Under the pieces are notes generated by a model. The model had not been told where the DNA came from. It worked only from the letters and a program-made list of their open reading frames with translations, and made no database searches. A program made the position numbers and the translations under genes. From Gemmatimonadales bacterium (lineage in GTDB: Bacteria; Gemmatimonadota; Gemmatimonadetes; Gemmatimonadales; GWC2-71-9), in NCBI GenBank assembly GCA_036522875.1, contig DATDEZ010000047.1:51988-115987 (forward strand): a DNA stretch of 64,000 bases, given 5' to 3'. This document shows, one piece after another, positions 47,321-56,487 of this stretch (positions are counted from its first letter, which is position 1; each line of letters begins with the position of its first letter).

Positions 47321-50309
47321 GCGTGGGTGCCTCGGCGGGCGCCGCGACGACGCGTGCGAGATACGTGACCGCGGGCTTCGTGTTCAAACCGGCGAGCACG
47401 TGATAGCCGCGCGGGTTTCCGGCGAGCTGCGAGACCCGCGAGTTCCTGTCGTTGAGATCGCCGAAGACGATCGCATCCGACGGGCAGGTCTGCTGGCACG
47501 CGGTGACGATGTCCCCGTCCTGCACGTTGCGGTCGGCGAGCCGCGCCTGATTCTGCGCGCCCCTGATGCGCTGCACGCAGAACGTGCACTTTTCCATGAC
47601 GCCCTTCTCGCGCACCGTCACGTCGGGATTCAGCAGCATCGAGAGCGGCTCGGGGAAGGCCTCGAACTGCCCGTCACGCTCCGCATAGTTGAACCAGTTG
47701 AACATGCGGACCTTGTACGGGCAGTTGTTGCTGCAGTACCGCGTGCCGACGCAGCGGTTGTAGACCTGGCCGTTGAGTCCGTCGGGCGTGTGATACGCCG
47801 CAAACACGGGACAGACCGGCTCGCACGGCGCGTTGCCGCACTGCTGGCACAGCATCGGCTGCGTGACCGCGCCTTGCGGCGTGCCGTCGGCGTCGGTGCG
47901 CCAGTAGCGCTCGAGCCGCAGCCAGGCCATCTCGCGGCCGCGCTGCATCAGCTCCTCGCCGACCGTCGCGACGTTGTTCTCCGCGTAGCACGCCGTCACG
48001 CAGGCGGAGCAGCCCGTGCACTTCGACAGGTCGATGGCAATGCCCCAGCGCGGATGCTCGCCGGCGTAATTCCCGATCGACGCCTTCTCGTGCTGTCGCT
48101 CACCCCACCATTCGACCGCGTCTTTGGCGTACTCGGGCGTCTCGTCGTAATGGAAGGGATGATCGCCCGAATGCAGCGCCTTGGCGCGCTCGAGCGACAG
48201 GACCTCCGTCGTGCCGAGACCGAGCTCGCGCGGCCCGCCTTCGGTCGTCACGATCTTGCGATGCTCACCCGTCTTCGTCGCCGTGGCGCGCACGCTGAAG
48301 GTGCGGCCCCCGTACGGATTCGCCTGGACGCCGAGCAGCTCGAACGCGTTCGCCGAGCGGTCCTTCGCGTAGCGCCCGTAGGCGGTGTGTCCCTGCCCCG
48401 TCGGGACGGCCAGGACGTCGGGCCGGACGGAGCGCGTGATCCATGCCGGGAATTTCTGCGCGCCATAGGCCGACTTGAGCAGCAGGAAGTCGCCGGTCGC
48501 GACGCCCCAACGATCGGCCGTGTCGGGATGCACTTCCACCCAGCTGTGCCACGCGATCTTCGAGACGGGATCGGGCAGCTCCTGGAGCCACGGCTTGTTC
48601 GCGCCGCGGCCGTCGTGCAGTACCGGATGCGGGAAGACGACGACGGTCTGATCGCCACCGGACTCGTTCGCGGGCAACGCGGGGTTGATGGACCCCACGC
48701 TCGGAGCCAGGCGCGCGGCCGCGGCGCGCGTCGCCGCCGCCGTCTCGGTGTAGATGCCGCCCTTCGCCAGCGCATCCACCCAGGGCTGGTCGGCGAGTTT
48801 GCCCTTCACGCGGTCTTTGAACGTGCCCGTCTTGCCCGCAAGCTTGAGGATGACGTCGCCCGTCTGCCTGGTGTCGAAGACCGGCTGGACGACCGGCTGC
48901 TGGAACGCGACGACGGCGGCCCGCGGCCGGCTCTCGCCCCACTGCTCGAGCGGGTGGTGATCCGGCAACACGAGGTCGCATGCGGCGGTGGTCTCGTCCA
49001 TGTACGACGAGAAGCTGACCTTGTAGCCGACCTTGCCGAGCGCCTGCTGGAACGCTCCGGGCAGTGAGTGCGCGGGGTTCGTGCCATGCACGAACAGCAG
49101 CGCGACTTTCCCGTCCTTCATGTCGTTCGTGAGCGCCACGATGTCGGCGAAGCTGCCCGCCGTGCCGAGCGCGCTGTCGCCGCTGAACTTCACGAGCGTG
49201 CCGACCGCGCCGACGACGTAGTTCAGGACGTTGACGGCCGCGACGATCTCGGCGCCGTTGGAATACTGCGCCGCCATGCCGCCCGCGACGGCGAGGCCGC
49301 CCTTGGCGTTGGCGAACTCGATCGCCAGGCGCACGATCGTCTCTTCGTCGATGCCGATCGTCTGCGCGACGGCCTTGGGCGTGTGACTGCCCAGCAGCGC
49401 CGTGAGCCGCGCGGCGTCGGCGGGCGCGGGCGCGAGATGCTGACTGACGATCACTTGGGCGAGCGCCAGCGCGAGCAAGCCTTCCGTGCCGGGACGGGCC
49501 GCGACCCATTGATCGGCATTCATGCCGGTCAGGGAGAGCCGCGGTCCGACGTACACGAACTTCGCCATCGACGCCGGCCGGCCGGCATCGAACGCGTGCG
49601 CGCGCGAGAACCCGTTCTGGAATTCGACCGGCGACAGGAACGTGTCCAGGAAATCCGCGCCGAATGAAATCAGATATTTCGCGTTGGCGAAGTCATAGGT
49701 CGGCAGCGCGCCGCTGCCGAAGGTCGCGCGGTTGCCGGCGCGCAGCGCGTCGAACCCGAACGCCTCGTAGCTGGCGCGCCGACCACCGATCTGCTTCATC
49801 CACTCGTCGACGAGATCGCCGAAGCTCGAGACCTCGGCGCCGGTGAGGAAGACGATGCCCTTCCCCTGAGCGTCGCGAACCTTGCCGGCGAGCCGCTGAA
49901 TCGCGCCGTCCCAGTCGATCGCCTCGAATGCGCCGCTCGCGTTGCGGATCATCGGATGATCGACGCGGTCGGGATTATAGAGCCCCTGGAGCGCCGCCTG
50001 GCCGCGCGCGCACAGGCGCCCGCGGTTGATCGGCGAATCGGGATTCCCCTCGAGCTTCACGGCGCGACCTTCGCGCACCCGCACGCGCACGCCGCATCCG
50101 GCGGCGCACTCGCGGCACGTCGTGGCGTAGTAGGTCGCGACGCCCGGCACCTGGTCCTCGGGCTGCACCAGGTACGGAATGAGTCGCTCGGTGGGCTCGG
50201 CCCCGATCCCGCACGCCGACACGGCAGCCGCGCCGGCACCGGCGGCGCCGAGGACTTTCAGGAAGCGGCGGCGATCGAGCGAGTCTGAAGGAGGTGGGGT
50301 CTGGGTCAT
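47313..50309 (-). CDS. actB: Alternative complex III subunit ActB (molybdopterin-oxidoreductase-like domain fused to a 4Fe-4S ferredoxin domain)
   Basis: Tat signal DRRRFLKVLGAAGAGAAAVSAC. N-terminal Cys cluster CRECAAGCG...C. C-terminal CTGCSACVTAC, CQQCGNAPCEPVCP, CVGTRYCSNNCP, CTFCVQR clusters. Confidence 0.85.
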   Translation of the reverse strand: MTQTPPPSDSLDRRRFLKVLGAAGAGAAAVSACGIGAEPTERLIPYLVQPEDQVPGVATYYATTCRECAAGCGVRVRVREGRAVKLEGNPDSPINRGRLCARGQAALQGLYNPDRVDHPMIRNASGAFEAIDWDGAIQRLAGKVRDAQGKGIVFLTGAEVSSFGDLVDEWMKQIGGRRASYEAFGFDALRAGNRATFGSGALPTYDFANAKYLISFGADFLDTFLSPVEFQNGFSRAHAFDAGRPASMAKFVYVGPRLSLTGMNADQWVAARPGTEGLLALALAQVIVSQHLAPAPADAARLTALLGSHTPKAVAQTIGIDEETIVRLAIEFANAKGGLAVAGGMAAQYSNGAEIVAAVNVLNYVVGAVGTLVKFSGDSALGTAGSFADIVALTNDMKDGKVALLFVHGTNPAHSLPGAFQQALGKVGYKVSFSSYMDETTAACDLVLPDHHPLEQWGESRPRAAVVAFQQPVVQPVFDTRQTGDVILKLAGKTGTFKDRVKGKLADQPWVDALAKGGIYTETAAATRAAAARLAPSVGSINPALPANESGGDQTVVVFPHPVLHDGRGANKPWLQELPDPVSKIAWHSWVEVHPDTADRWGVATGDFLLLKSAYGAQKFPAWITRSVRPDVLAVPTGQGHTAYGRYAKDRSANAFELLGVQANPYGGRTFSVRATATKTGEHRKIVTTEGGPRELGLGTTEVLSLERAKALHSGDHPFHYDETPEYAKDAVEWWGERQHEKASIGNYAGEHPRWGIAIDLSKCTGCSACVTACYAENNVATVGEELMQRGREMAWLRLERYWRTDADGTPQGAVTQPMLCQQCGNAPCEPVCPVFAAYHTPDGLNGQVYNRCVGTRYCSNNCPYKVRMFNWFNYAERDGQFEAFPEPLSMLLNPDVTVREKGVMEKCTFCVQRIRGAQNQARLADRNVQDGDIVTACQQTCPSDAIVFGDLNDRNSRVSQLAGNPRGYHVLAGLNTKPAVTYLARVVAAPAEAPTHG

Positions 50310-50310
50310 A

Positions 50311-50856
50311 TCAATAGTGGCACACGCTGCAGTCGCGACTCACCTTGTTCGCGACGTGACAGCGTACGCACCATCCCATCCGCAGGGTGGAGACCTGGTA
50401 GACCTGCGGCATTTTCTGGACGTCGCCGTGGCACGTGACGCAGGACTGGGCACCGAGCCGCTTGATGTGTCGCATGTGCGGGAAGTGGACGAAGCCGGGC
50501 ACCGCATGAATCCGGAACCACTCGGGCGGCTTTCGCTCGCGCCACGCGTCGCGGACTTTCTTGATCTCCGCCTGGTGCGACGGCGTGGATCCACTCACGA
50601 GCTGGTGGCATCCCATGCAGGTCTGCAGCGCGGGCATCCCCGGCTCACTCGAGATGGCCGCCGAGAAATGGCAATACATGCAGGGGATCTGGTCCTGACC
50701 CGCATGAATGTCGTGGCGAAAGAAGATCGGCTGGCGCGGCCCCTTCAACCCCGCGGTGTCGGTGATGACGGGGGCACGGTAACGCTCTGGAGAAGAAGCT
50801 GGTTGTGCCTGCTGACCGTAGACGGTCACAGGCGGGAGGGCGAGGAGCAACACCAC
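50311..50856 (-). CDS. actA: Alternative complex III subunit ActA (pentaheme cytochrome c)
   Basis: Five CxxCH motifs: CMYCH, CMGCH, CVTCH, CVRCH, CSVCH. The start is uncertain (GTG 50856, or CTG a few codons upstream, which would give a better signal-anchor). Confidence 0.8.
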   Translation of the reverse strand: MVLLLALPPVTVYGQQAQPASSPERYRAPVITDTAGLKGPRQPIFFRHDIHAGQDQIPCMYCHFSAAISSEPGMPALQTCMGCHQLVSGSTPSHQAEIKKVRDAWRERKPPEWFRIHAVPGFVHFPHMRHIKRLGAQSCVTCHGDVQKMPQVYQVSTLRMGWCVRCHVANKVSRDCSVCHY

Positions 50857-50963
50857 GACCGCAGCTGGACGCAGCTTGACCTCTACAGGCTAATCAGTGG
50901 TTCGGTTTGGTGTGGGACTGACGGCCACCGAATGTACGCACCCGGAGGAATGCCACACAAGGG

Positions 50964-51425
50964 CTATTCCGGGCGCGCCAACAACTGATACTTCAGGCGC
51001 ACGACGTCGACAAACGCCTGCACCGACTCGAGGTCGGCGAATTCCATCCAGCAGTGGCGCACGCCGTGGACCACCGTTCCCTCGCGCACCGCCTGCTTGA
51101 TCACGCGCGGCAGCCCGTTTGTCGCGCTGATCTCCTGTTCTTCCGGCCCCGACAGCACGAATGTGCCGCTGACGCCGGACTGCATCGGATGGAGATAGCC
51201 GAGCTTCCGCCCGCCCACCTCGTACATCCAGACCCATTTCCACATCGTGCCGAGATAGACGACCTGCTCGGTGACATGCCGGAGGCTCCGCAAGTCTTCG
51301 CGGGCTTTCTTGAAACGCTGTCCCGCCCGCGGCGGCAGATCGCGGACCGGCTGGTCGGGCTTGGGACGCACGCGTGGGCTGAGATAGAGGTGACTCGCCC
51401 AATAGTCAGTAGTCGGCTTGTGCAT
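50964..51425 (-). CDS. Hypothetical protein, last gene of the catabolic operon
   Basis: 153-aa ORF overlapping the upstream stop by 20 nt. No motif recognised. Confidence 0.4.
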   Translation of the reverse strand: MHKPTTDYWASHLYLSPRVRPKPDQPVRDLPPRAGQRFKKAREDLRSLRHVTEQVVYLGTMWKWVWMYEVGGRKLGYLHPMQSGVSGTFVLSGPEEQEISATNGLPRVIKQAVREGTVVHGVRHCWMEFADLESVQAFVDVVRLKYQLLARPE

Positions 51426-52566
51426 GGCGCCCCAATAGTACAGGAGCAGTCAAGGCAAGGAAACGGGCGGGGTCGAGCAGCCGGCCGCACGACTGATTGG
51501 GCACCGACATCCGGCCATTGGGACCCATGGAAAGCTTGATCACGTCCCCGTTTCGGCCGAACCAACGCGCCGACGGCTCCAGGTCGGACGGATAGGCGAA
51601 TCCCGGCAACGCGGCCGCGGCCAAGGCCGCCTGGGAGCCGATGCCCGATTCCGGCATCGTCCCCGCCCACAGCTTGACGCCCGCTTCCGTCGCGATCCGG
51701 TAGACGCGGCACACCTCGGTGAGTCCGCCGATCCGGTGGACCTTGATGTTCCAGATTGTGCGGTTCCCGCTGAGCGCCACGATCTGCCGCGCCGCGCGCG
51801 CGTCGCGGAGCGTTTCGTCGAGGCAGATCGGCGTGTGAAACGAGGCGGCGAGCTCCATGTGCCCGAGGAGCTCGTCGGGCGCGAGCGGTTGCTCGATATA
51901 GAGAAGTCCCGCGTCGTCGAGCGCGCGCAGCGCCGCCTCATCGCGCGGCCACTCGTACCCGCCGTTCGCGTCGACGGTGAGCGGGATCTCGGAGCCCTCC
52001 AGGCCCGCGCGTGCGGCGCGGACCGCCGCCACGTCCCAGCCGGGCGCCACCTTGATCTTCACGCGCGTGTATCCCTGGCGGACGGCATCGTAGACCGACC
52101 GCGTCAACGCGCCGGCGTCGTGCCCCGCCGGTATCCCCAGCGCCACGCCGCACGGCACGTTCGCGGCCGGCGCGACGCCGAGCCGTTCGCCGAGCAGCGT
52201 GGCGAGTCCCACGCCGCGTGCGTGCGCTTCGAGGTCCCACGCCGCGGTTTCGACGCCGGCGCGCGCGAACCAGTTGCCGCGCACGCCCCCGCGCAACGTC
52301 TCGTCCACCGCTTCCGGCCGTGAGAATTCGCGCCCCGTGACGCGCGGCAGGAGCACGCGCGCGATCAGGTCACCCGCACTGGCCAGCGTCTCTTCGGAAT
52401 AGAAAGGAAGCTGAAAGGGAGGTGATTCACCGTAGCCCACATGCCCGGCGTCGTCGTGCAGCACGACGACGACCGAGCGCCGCTCGGTGATCGCGCCACC
52501 CGAAATCACGAACGGCTCGAGGAGCGGGAGGGTCAGCTCAAAGAGCTCAGCGCGGGCGATACGCAT
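51406..52566 (-). CDS. Enolase-superfamily enzyme (mandelate racemase/muconate-lactonizing family; OSBS/N-acyl-amino-acid racemase/dipeptide epimerase-like)
   Basis: KxK in YTRVKIKVAP. Metal ligands in LTVDANGGY, YIEQPL and ICLDET. The start is taken at MRIARAEL (52566). Confidence 0.8.
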   Translation of the reverse strand: MRIARAELFELTLPLLEPFVISGGAITERRSVVVVLHDDAGHVGYGESPPFQLPFYSEETLASAGDLIARVLLPRVTGREFSRPEAVDETLRGGVRGNWFARAGVETAAWDLEAHARGVGLATLLGERLGVAPAANVPCGVALGIPAGHDAGALTRSVYDAVRQGYTRVKIKVAPGWDVAAVRAARAGLEGSEIPLTVDANGGYEWPRDEAALRALDDAGLLYIEQPLAPDELLGHMELAASFHTPICLDETLRDARAARQIVALSGNRTIWNIKVHRIGGLTEVCRVYRIATEAGVKLWAGTMPESGIGSQAALAAAALPGFAYPSDLEPSARWFGRNGDVIKLSMGPNGRMSVPNQSCGRLLDPARFLALTAPVLLGRHAQADY

Positions 52567-53689
52567 CGGGCAAGAGGTCGAGGAAATGCAGCTCGCCATG
52601 CCGGCGTTCGAGCTTGCCGGCCGCTTCGCGCTCGAGCATCACGGCAATGAGACCATCCGAGGGCTCGAAGATCAGCGCGTGGAGCGCGCGCTGCGTGCGT
52701 GATCCGTCGGTCGCCGGATACGCTTCCAGGGGCAGTTGAAAGAATGTGTGGAGCTGCACGGATGCACAGCCGCGCTCGGCATAGGCGACGATCATCCGGC
52801 CCGAGTTGATGTTCCCGGTACCGCATAACTGCCGCACGGTCGGGCGGTCGGGCTGTCGGGCGAGCACGCGCAGATTCCGCTCGCTCAATTCGGGTCCCCC
52901 GTACGCCACTCGGGCCACGGGATCGAAGAGACGGTTGAAGACGACGAGGGCGTCCGCGCCGCTCGCGGCGTCCATCATCGTGCGTTGAAAGTCGTCGTCG
53001 AAGCGCGCGTTCATCAGTTTCAGCGCGAGCCGCACGTTGGCATGCGCGCGAACCTGCTGCGGCACCTCGCGCAGCCAGCGCAGGATCTGCGCCTGCTCGT
53101 CCGCGAGCGGATCGCCCGCCAGCGTGGGCGAGAAGTCTTTCTCGAGCAACAGCGGCGACTGGCCCCACGCCGCCGCCAGCGCTCTCGTCGTGTACGCGTA
53201 CTCATCCTCACGAAACGGCTCGCCCAGGCGCGGCAAATGGTATTTGACGGACGGCACCGTGAGGAGCTGGCCGGCAGCTGTGAAATCCCACCCCGCGCGG
53301 ACGAGCGCGAGATACTCATCGAACGAACGGTCCCAGCCCCGGCCCTTCCACGTCACCGTCCAGCCGCCGTCGCGTTGCTCGACTTTCATTTTCGATTCGT
53401 GAATCGCCCAGGCACTCATCGACTGCGCGCCGCCGGCGTCTTGCGCGATCACCGTCTTCAGCACCGCGAACGCCAATCCCGCCTCGGCATCTCCCTCGAG
53501 CTGATTGAGATTCAGCGAGAGCTGCCCCGACCCTTTGCCGACGGGGTGCGGGAGCGGCTCGCCGAGATAGCGGCCGGCGAGATTGATGCGGTAGGCGTCG
53601 CGCACGTGGGCCGCGAAATCGCGCGGCAACGCCCGCTTGAACCGCTCGAAGTCGCTAGCGAGCGAAGCGCGAAAGCTTGAACTGGTCAT
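52547..53689 (-). CDS. Dihydroorotate/dihydropyrimidine-dehydrogenase-like TIM-barrel protein
   Basis: GLAFAVLKTVIAQD (compare G.G.vv.KTvT) and CGTGNINSGRMIVAYAERGCASVQLHT (compare GGI.sg.da.e.i.aGAs.VQv.T). The similarity is by eye only. Confidence 0.4.
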   Translation of the reverse strand: MTSSSFRASLASDFERFKRALPRDFAAHVRDAYRINLAGRYLGEPLPHPVGKGSGQLSLNLNQLEGDAEAGLAFAVLKTVIAQDAGGAQSMSAWAIHESKMKVEQRDGGWTVTWKGRGWDRSFDEYLALVRAGWDFTAAGQLLTVPSVKYHLPRLGEPFREDEYAYTTRALAAAWGQSPLLLEKDFSPTLAGDPLADEQAQILRWLREVPQQVRAHANVRLALKLMNARFDDDFQRTMMDAASGADALVVFNRLFDPVARVAYGGPELSERNLRVLARQPDRPTVRQLCGTGNINSGRMIVAYAERGCASVQLHTFFQLPLEAYPATDGSRTQRALHALIFEPSDGLIAVMLEREAAGKLERRHGELHFLDLLPDAYRPR

Positions 53690-54803
53690 CCGGCGCGGCG
53701 TCCGTCAGCACCAGGCGCGCCACCAGCTCGCCGACGGCGGGGCCGTGCTTGAAGCCGTGTCCCGATCCACCGCCCACGATCCAGGCATTGGCGGCCGCGG
53801 GATGGCGGTCGATGATGAAATGCTCATCGGCGGACTGCTCGTACTGGCACACGCGCGATTCGACGAGCGGCGCGTTCTTCAGGCCCGGGAACCGGTAGCC
53901 GAGGTACTCGCGCGCGATCTGGAGCGCGTCGGCGCTGGGCGTGCGCTCGCCGCTGGTGGGATCGAACGGCGGGCCGCGCGTGTCGTCGGCGACCTTGAAG
54001 CCGCGCCACTCGTTGCCGGGAATGCCGTACATGAATCGCTCGCCGTGATCGGCCCAGACCGGCAACGCGTCCTCGCTGTAGCGATGATCGCCGGGCGGCG
54101 TGCCGAAAAAGAAGACTTCCTGGCGCGTGGGATGGACGCGCTCGCCGACGACGTCGGGAAACAACGGGCCCAGCCACGGCCCGCAGGCGAAGACGAACCG
54201 ATCGGCCGTGAACGTGCTGCCGTCCGACAGTGTCACGGCGCCGAGGGCGCCGCCGCGCGGCTCGATGGGCCCCTGCACCGCGAGCTGCCGGTACGTGCCG
54301 CCTTCGGCGAGAAATCCGTCGAGCACCGCGGCGCACGCGCGCCTCGCGGTCAAATAGCCGGCATCCTGTTCGAGGATCGCCCAGCGGACCTGATCGGCGT
54401 TGATCTGTGGGTAGCGGCGCGCGACCTCATCCCCCTGCAACAGCTCGAAGGCGACGCCCGCGTCGCGCAGAACAGGCACCGCCGCGTTCTCGAACTGCTC
54501 GTCGCGCTCCACGAGCCAGAGCACGCCGATGCGGTGAAACAGCGGCAGGTGCCAGCGGCGTTGATGCTCCTTCCACAATGCCAACGCCCGCACCGCCATG
54601 CGGGTGTAGATGGCGCGCGGGCCGTAGGTCGCGCGAATCACGCGCGTCTCTCCGCCCGAGCTCGCCCGCGCGTTGCCGGGTCCCCAGGCGTCGATGAGCG
54701 TGACGCGCGCGCCCTGACGCCGCAGGAACAGCGCCGTCCATCCTCCGAAGGCCCCGGCACCCACGACAGCGACGTGCTGGGGAGGCTGCGTCGATTTCGG
54801 CAT
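53655..54803 (-). CDS. FAD-dependent oxidoreductase (DAO/sarcosine-oxidase family), possibly Tat-exported
   Basis: VAVVGAGAFGGW dinucleotide fold directly after ATG 54803. An in-frame upstream LTRRGFVQSGAAAVLGG looks like a Tat signal but lacks an ATG/GTG start. Confidence 0.7.
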   Translation of the reverse strand: MPKSTQPPQHVAVVGAGAFGGWTALFLRRQGARVTLIDAWGPGNARASSGGETRVIRATYGPRAIYTRMAVRALALWKEHQRRWHLPLFHRIGVLWLVERDEQFENAAVPVLRDAGVAFELLQGDEVARRYPQINADQVRWAILEQDAGYLTARRACAAVLDGFLAEGGTYRQLAVQGPIEPRGGALGAVTLSDGSTFTADRFVFACGPWLGPLFPDVVGERVHPTRQEVFFFGTPPGDHRYSEDALPVWADHGERFMYGIPGNEWRGFKVADDTRGPPFDPTSGERTPSADALQIAREYLGYRFPGLKNAPLVESRVCQYEQSADEHFIIDRHPAAANAWIVGGGSGHGFKHGPAVGELVARLVLTDAAPDDQFKLSRFAR

Positions 54804-54853
54804 CAATCCTCCGAGTACGGCAGCGGCGCCCGACTGCACGAACCCTCGCCGCG

Positions 54854-55720
54854 TCAGCGTAGGCGGGCCTCTCGCACGGCGCGCCGCACCGCTTCGCGCT
54901 CCGCCTTCGGCAGCGCCGGTCCCCACGGATCGTCGCAGGCGTCGTCGGGAATCACGCCGTCGGCCGCGAGGGCCCACAGCATGCGGCGAATGTAGCCCTC
55001 CATCGGCTCGATGAAGGTCGCCTGAGAAAAGGCATCGATGAGCGTCGAGAGGCGCAAAAAGGCGTGGGTGTCGCCTGCGCCATAGGCCCGGATGAGCTCG
55101 ACCTGCAAGTCCGTCAGGGCGGCGCCCATTCCGATGAGGGCGGCGCGCGCCCCAAGCATCAGCGAGTAGCCGAGGAATCGATCTTCGCCGGTGATGAGCA
55201 ATTTGTCCTGGTGCGCGCGCATCAATTTGGCGATGCGCTGAAACGTCATGACGGAATCGAGCGTCGCGACCTTGATGCCTTTCACCGCGGGCAGCGACAG
55301 AATGGCGTCGAGCGTGGCGTCATCGTAGCTCACGCCTCCGGCGGCTTCATAGAGATAGAACGCAAGAACCGGCAGTTCCTGCGACAGCGTCGCGTGATAC
55401 GCGACCGCATCGTCGCGACGCGGAAACGCGAGCAGCAGGTCCGCCCCACCCTGCTTGGCCTGTCTCGCCATCTCGAGACTGTTCGCGCCCGCGATGATGC
55501 TCTTGCCCGGAAGCGCGGCGCGCCAGGTCTTCAGCACGAACTCGCGCTGCGCGACGGACAAATGCGGCCCGCGGCCGGTGTGCGCCCACACCGCCACGCC
55601 GGCGATTTCCTGCCCCGCCATCCACTCCGCGTACGCGCGCTGCGCCGGCTCGTCCATCGCCGATCCGCGGAACGGCACCGGCACCGCGGGAAAGAGTCCC
55701 CACTCGCGCGGAGCGGTCAG
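54854..55720 (-). CDS. Dihydrodipicolinate synthase/N-acetylneuraminate lyase-family (DapA-like) protein
   Basis: GLFPAVPVPF..., GVAVWAHTG, KGIKVATLD are reminiscent of class I aldolase DapA-family strands. The start is uncertain (no ATG/GTG near the upstream stop at 55717). Confidence 0.45.
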   Translation of the reverse strand: MTAPREWGLFPAVPVPFRGSAMDEPAQRAYAEWMAGQEIAGVAVWAHTGRGPHLSVAQREFVLKTWRAALPGKSIIAGANSLEMARQAKQGGADLLLAFPRRDDAVAYHATLSQELPVLAFYLYEAAGGVSYDDATLDAILSLPAVKGIKVATLDSVMTFQRIAKLMRAHQDKLLITGEDRFLGYSLMLGARAALIGMGAALTDLQVELIRAYGAGDTHAFLRLSTLIDAFSQATFIEPMEGYIRRMLWALAADGVIPDDACDDPWGPALPKAEREAVRRAVREARLR

Positions 55721-56487
55721 GAGGCAAGCTCGCGCAAGTTGTCGGATTCGATCTGCTCGCGTGCGGTGCGCGCGAGGTCGAGCAGATCGAGCTTCGCGAC
55801 GCTCGTCTCCGGCAACCGCAGCGGCTGTCCCGTCCCGAAGACGAATCGCGCGACGCCGACGGTCTGAAGCAACATCGCCAGATGATCCTCGGGTGGTCCC
55901 CAGATCCAGGAGATGTCCCACCAGATCCGCCGCGCCTCCTCGGGCGTCGAGCCGAAATGCACTTCCTCGATGAACCCGCGATCGGCGTGCGTCACGAGCA
56001 GCCGCACGTCCCTGTCGCTACGGATCAACGCGCGGACCGCGGCTGCCGGCAGCTCGGCTACGTGGTCGTTCGGGTGGCGTTGGCGGCCATCCTCGAGTCG
56101 TACGGCGAGCATGAGCGGCAGTCGCGCGGCGCTGCACGCGGCGGCGAGCACGCGCATCGCGCCGCCCGCCGGATCGAGGCCGAGGTACAGCGGATCACAC
56201 CGCACCGCGGGCGCCCCGCCGTTCGCGGCATCGGCAAGCACCTGCTCCCAGGCGGCGAGTCCCGGATGGACGGTGGGCACCGGCTTGAACCGCGGCTCGC
56301 GCTTCGCCGTCTCATACAACCACGCGTTTCCTTCCGTCGGGTCGCGCCAAAACAGACTCGGCAGATGCGTTACCCAGGCGACGTCGATCGCAACGCGATC
56401 GAGCGCCGTGATGAGCGCGTCAGGCGACGTGCCCGGCACTTTGCGCCACGGATAGGCGCCGAGGAATGCGTTGCAGTCGATGCGCAT
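55717..56487 (-). CDS. Amidohydrolase_2-like TIM-barrel protein lacking the N-terminal HxH motif
   Basis: MRIDCNAFLG replaces the DxHxH strand. The overall layout parallels the upstream amidohydrolase. There is a 1-nt overlap with its stop. Confidence 0.5.
   Translation of the reverse strand: MRIDCNAFLGAYPWRKVPGTSPDALITALDRVAIDVAWVTHLPSLFWRDPTEGNAWLYETAKREPRFKPVPTVHPGLAAWEQVLADAANGGAPAVRCDPLYLGLDPAGGAMRVLAAACSAARLPLMLAVRLEDGRQRHPNDHVAELPAAAVRALIRSDRDVRLLVTHADRGFIEEVHFGSTPEEARRIWWDISWIWGPPEDHLAMLLQTVGVARFVFGTGQPLRLPETSVAKLDLLDLARTAREQIESDNLRELAS

Noticed and set aside
54804-54977. An N-terminal extension of the FAD oxidoreductase back to ATG 54977.
   Set aside because: It would overlap the upstream DapA-like gene by about 120 nt and is Arg-rich shadow-like sequence. 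A shorter Tat-signal extension (LTRRGFVQ...) remains possible but lacks a canonical start codon.
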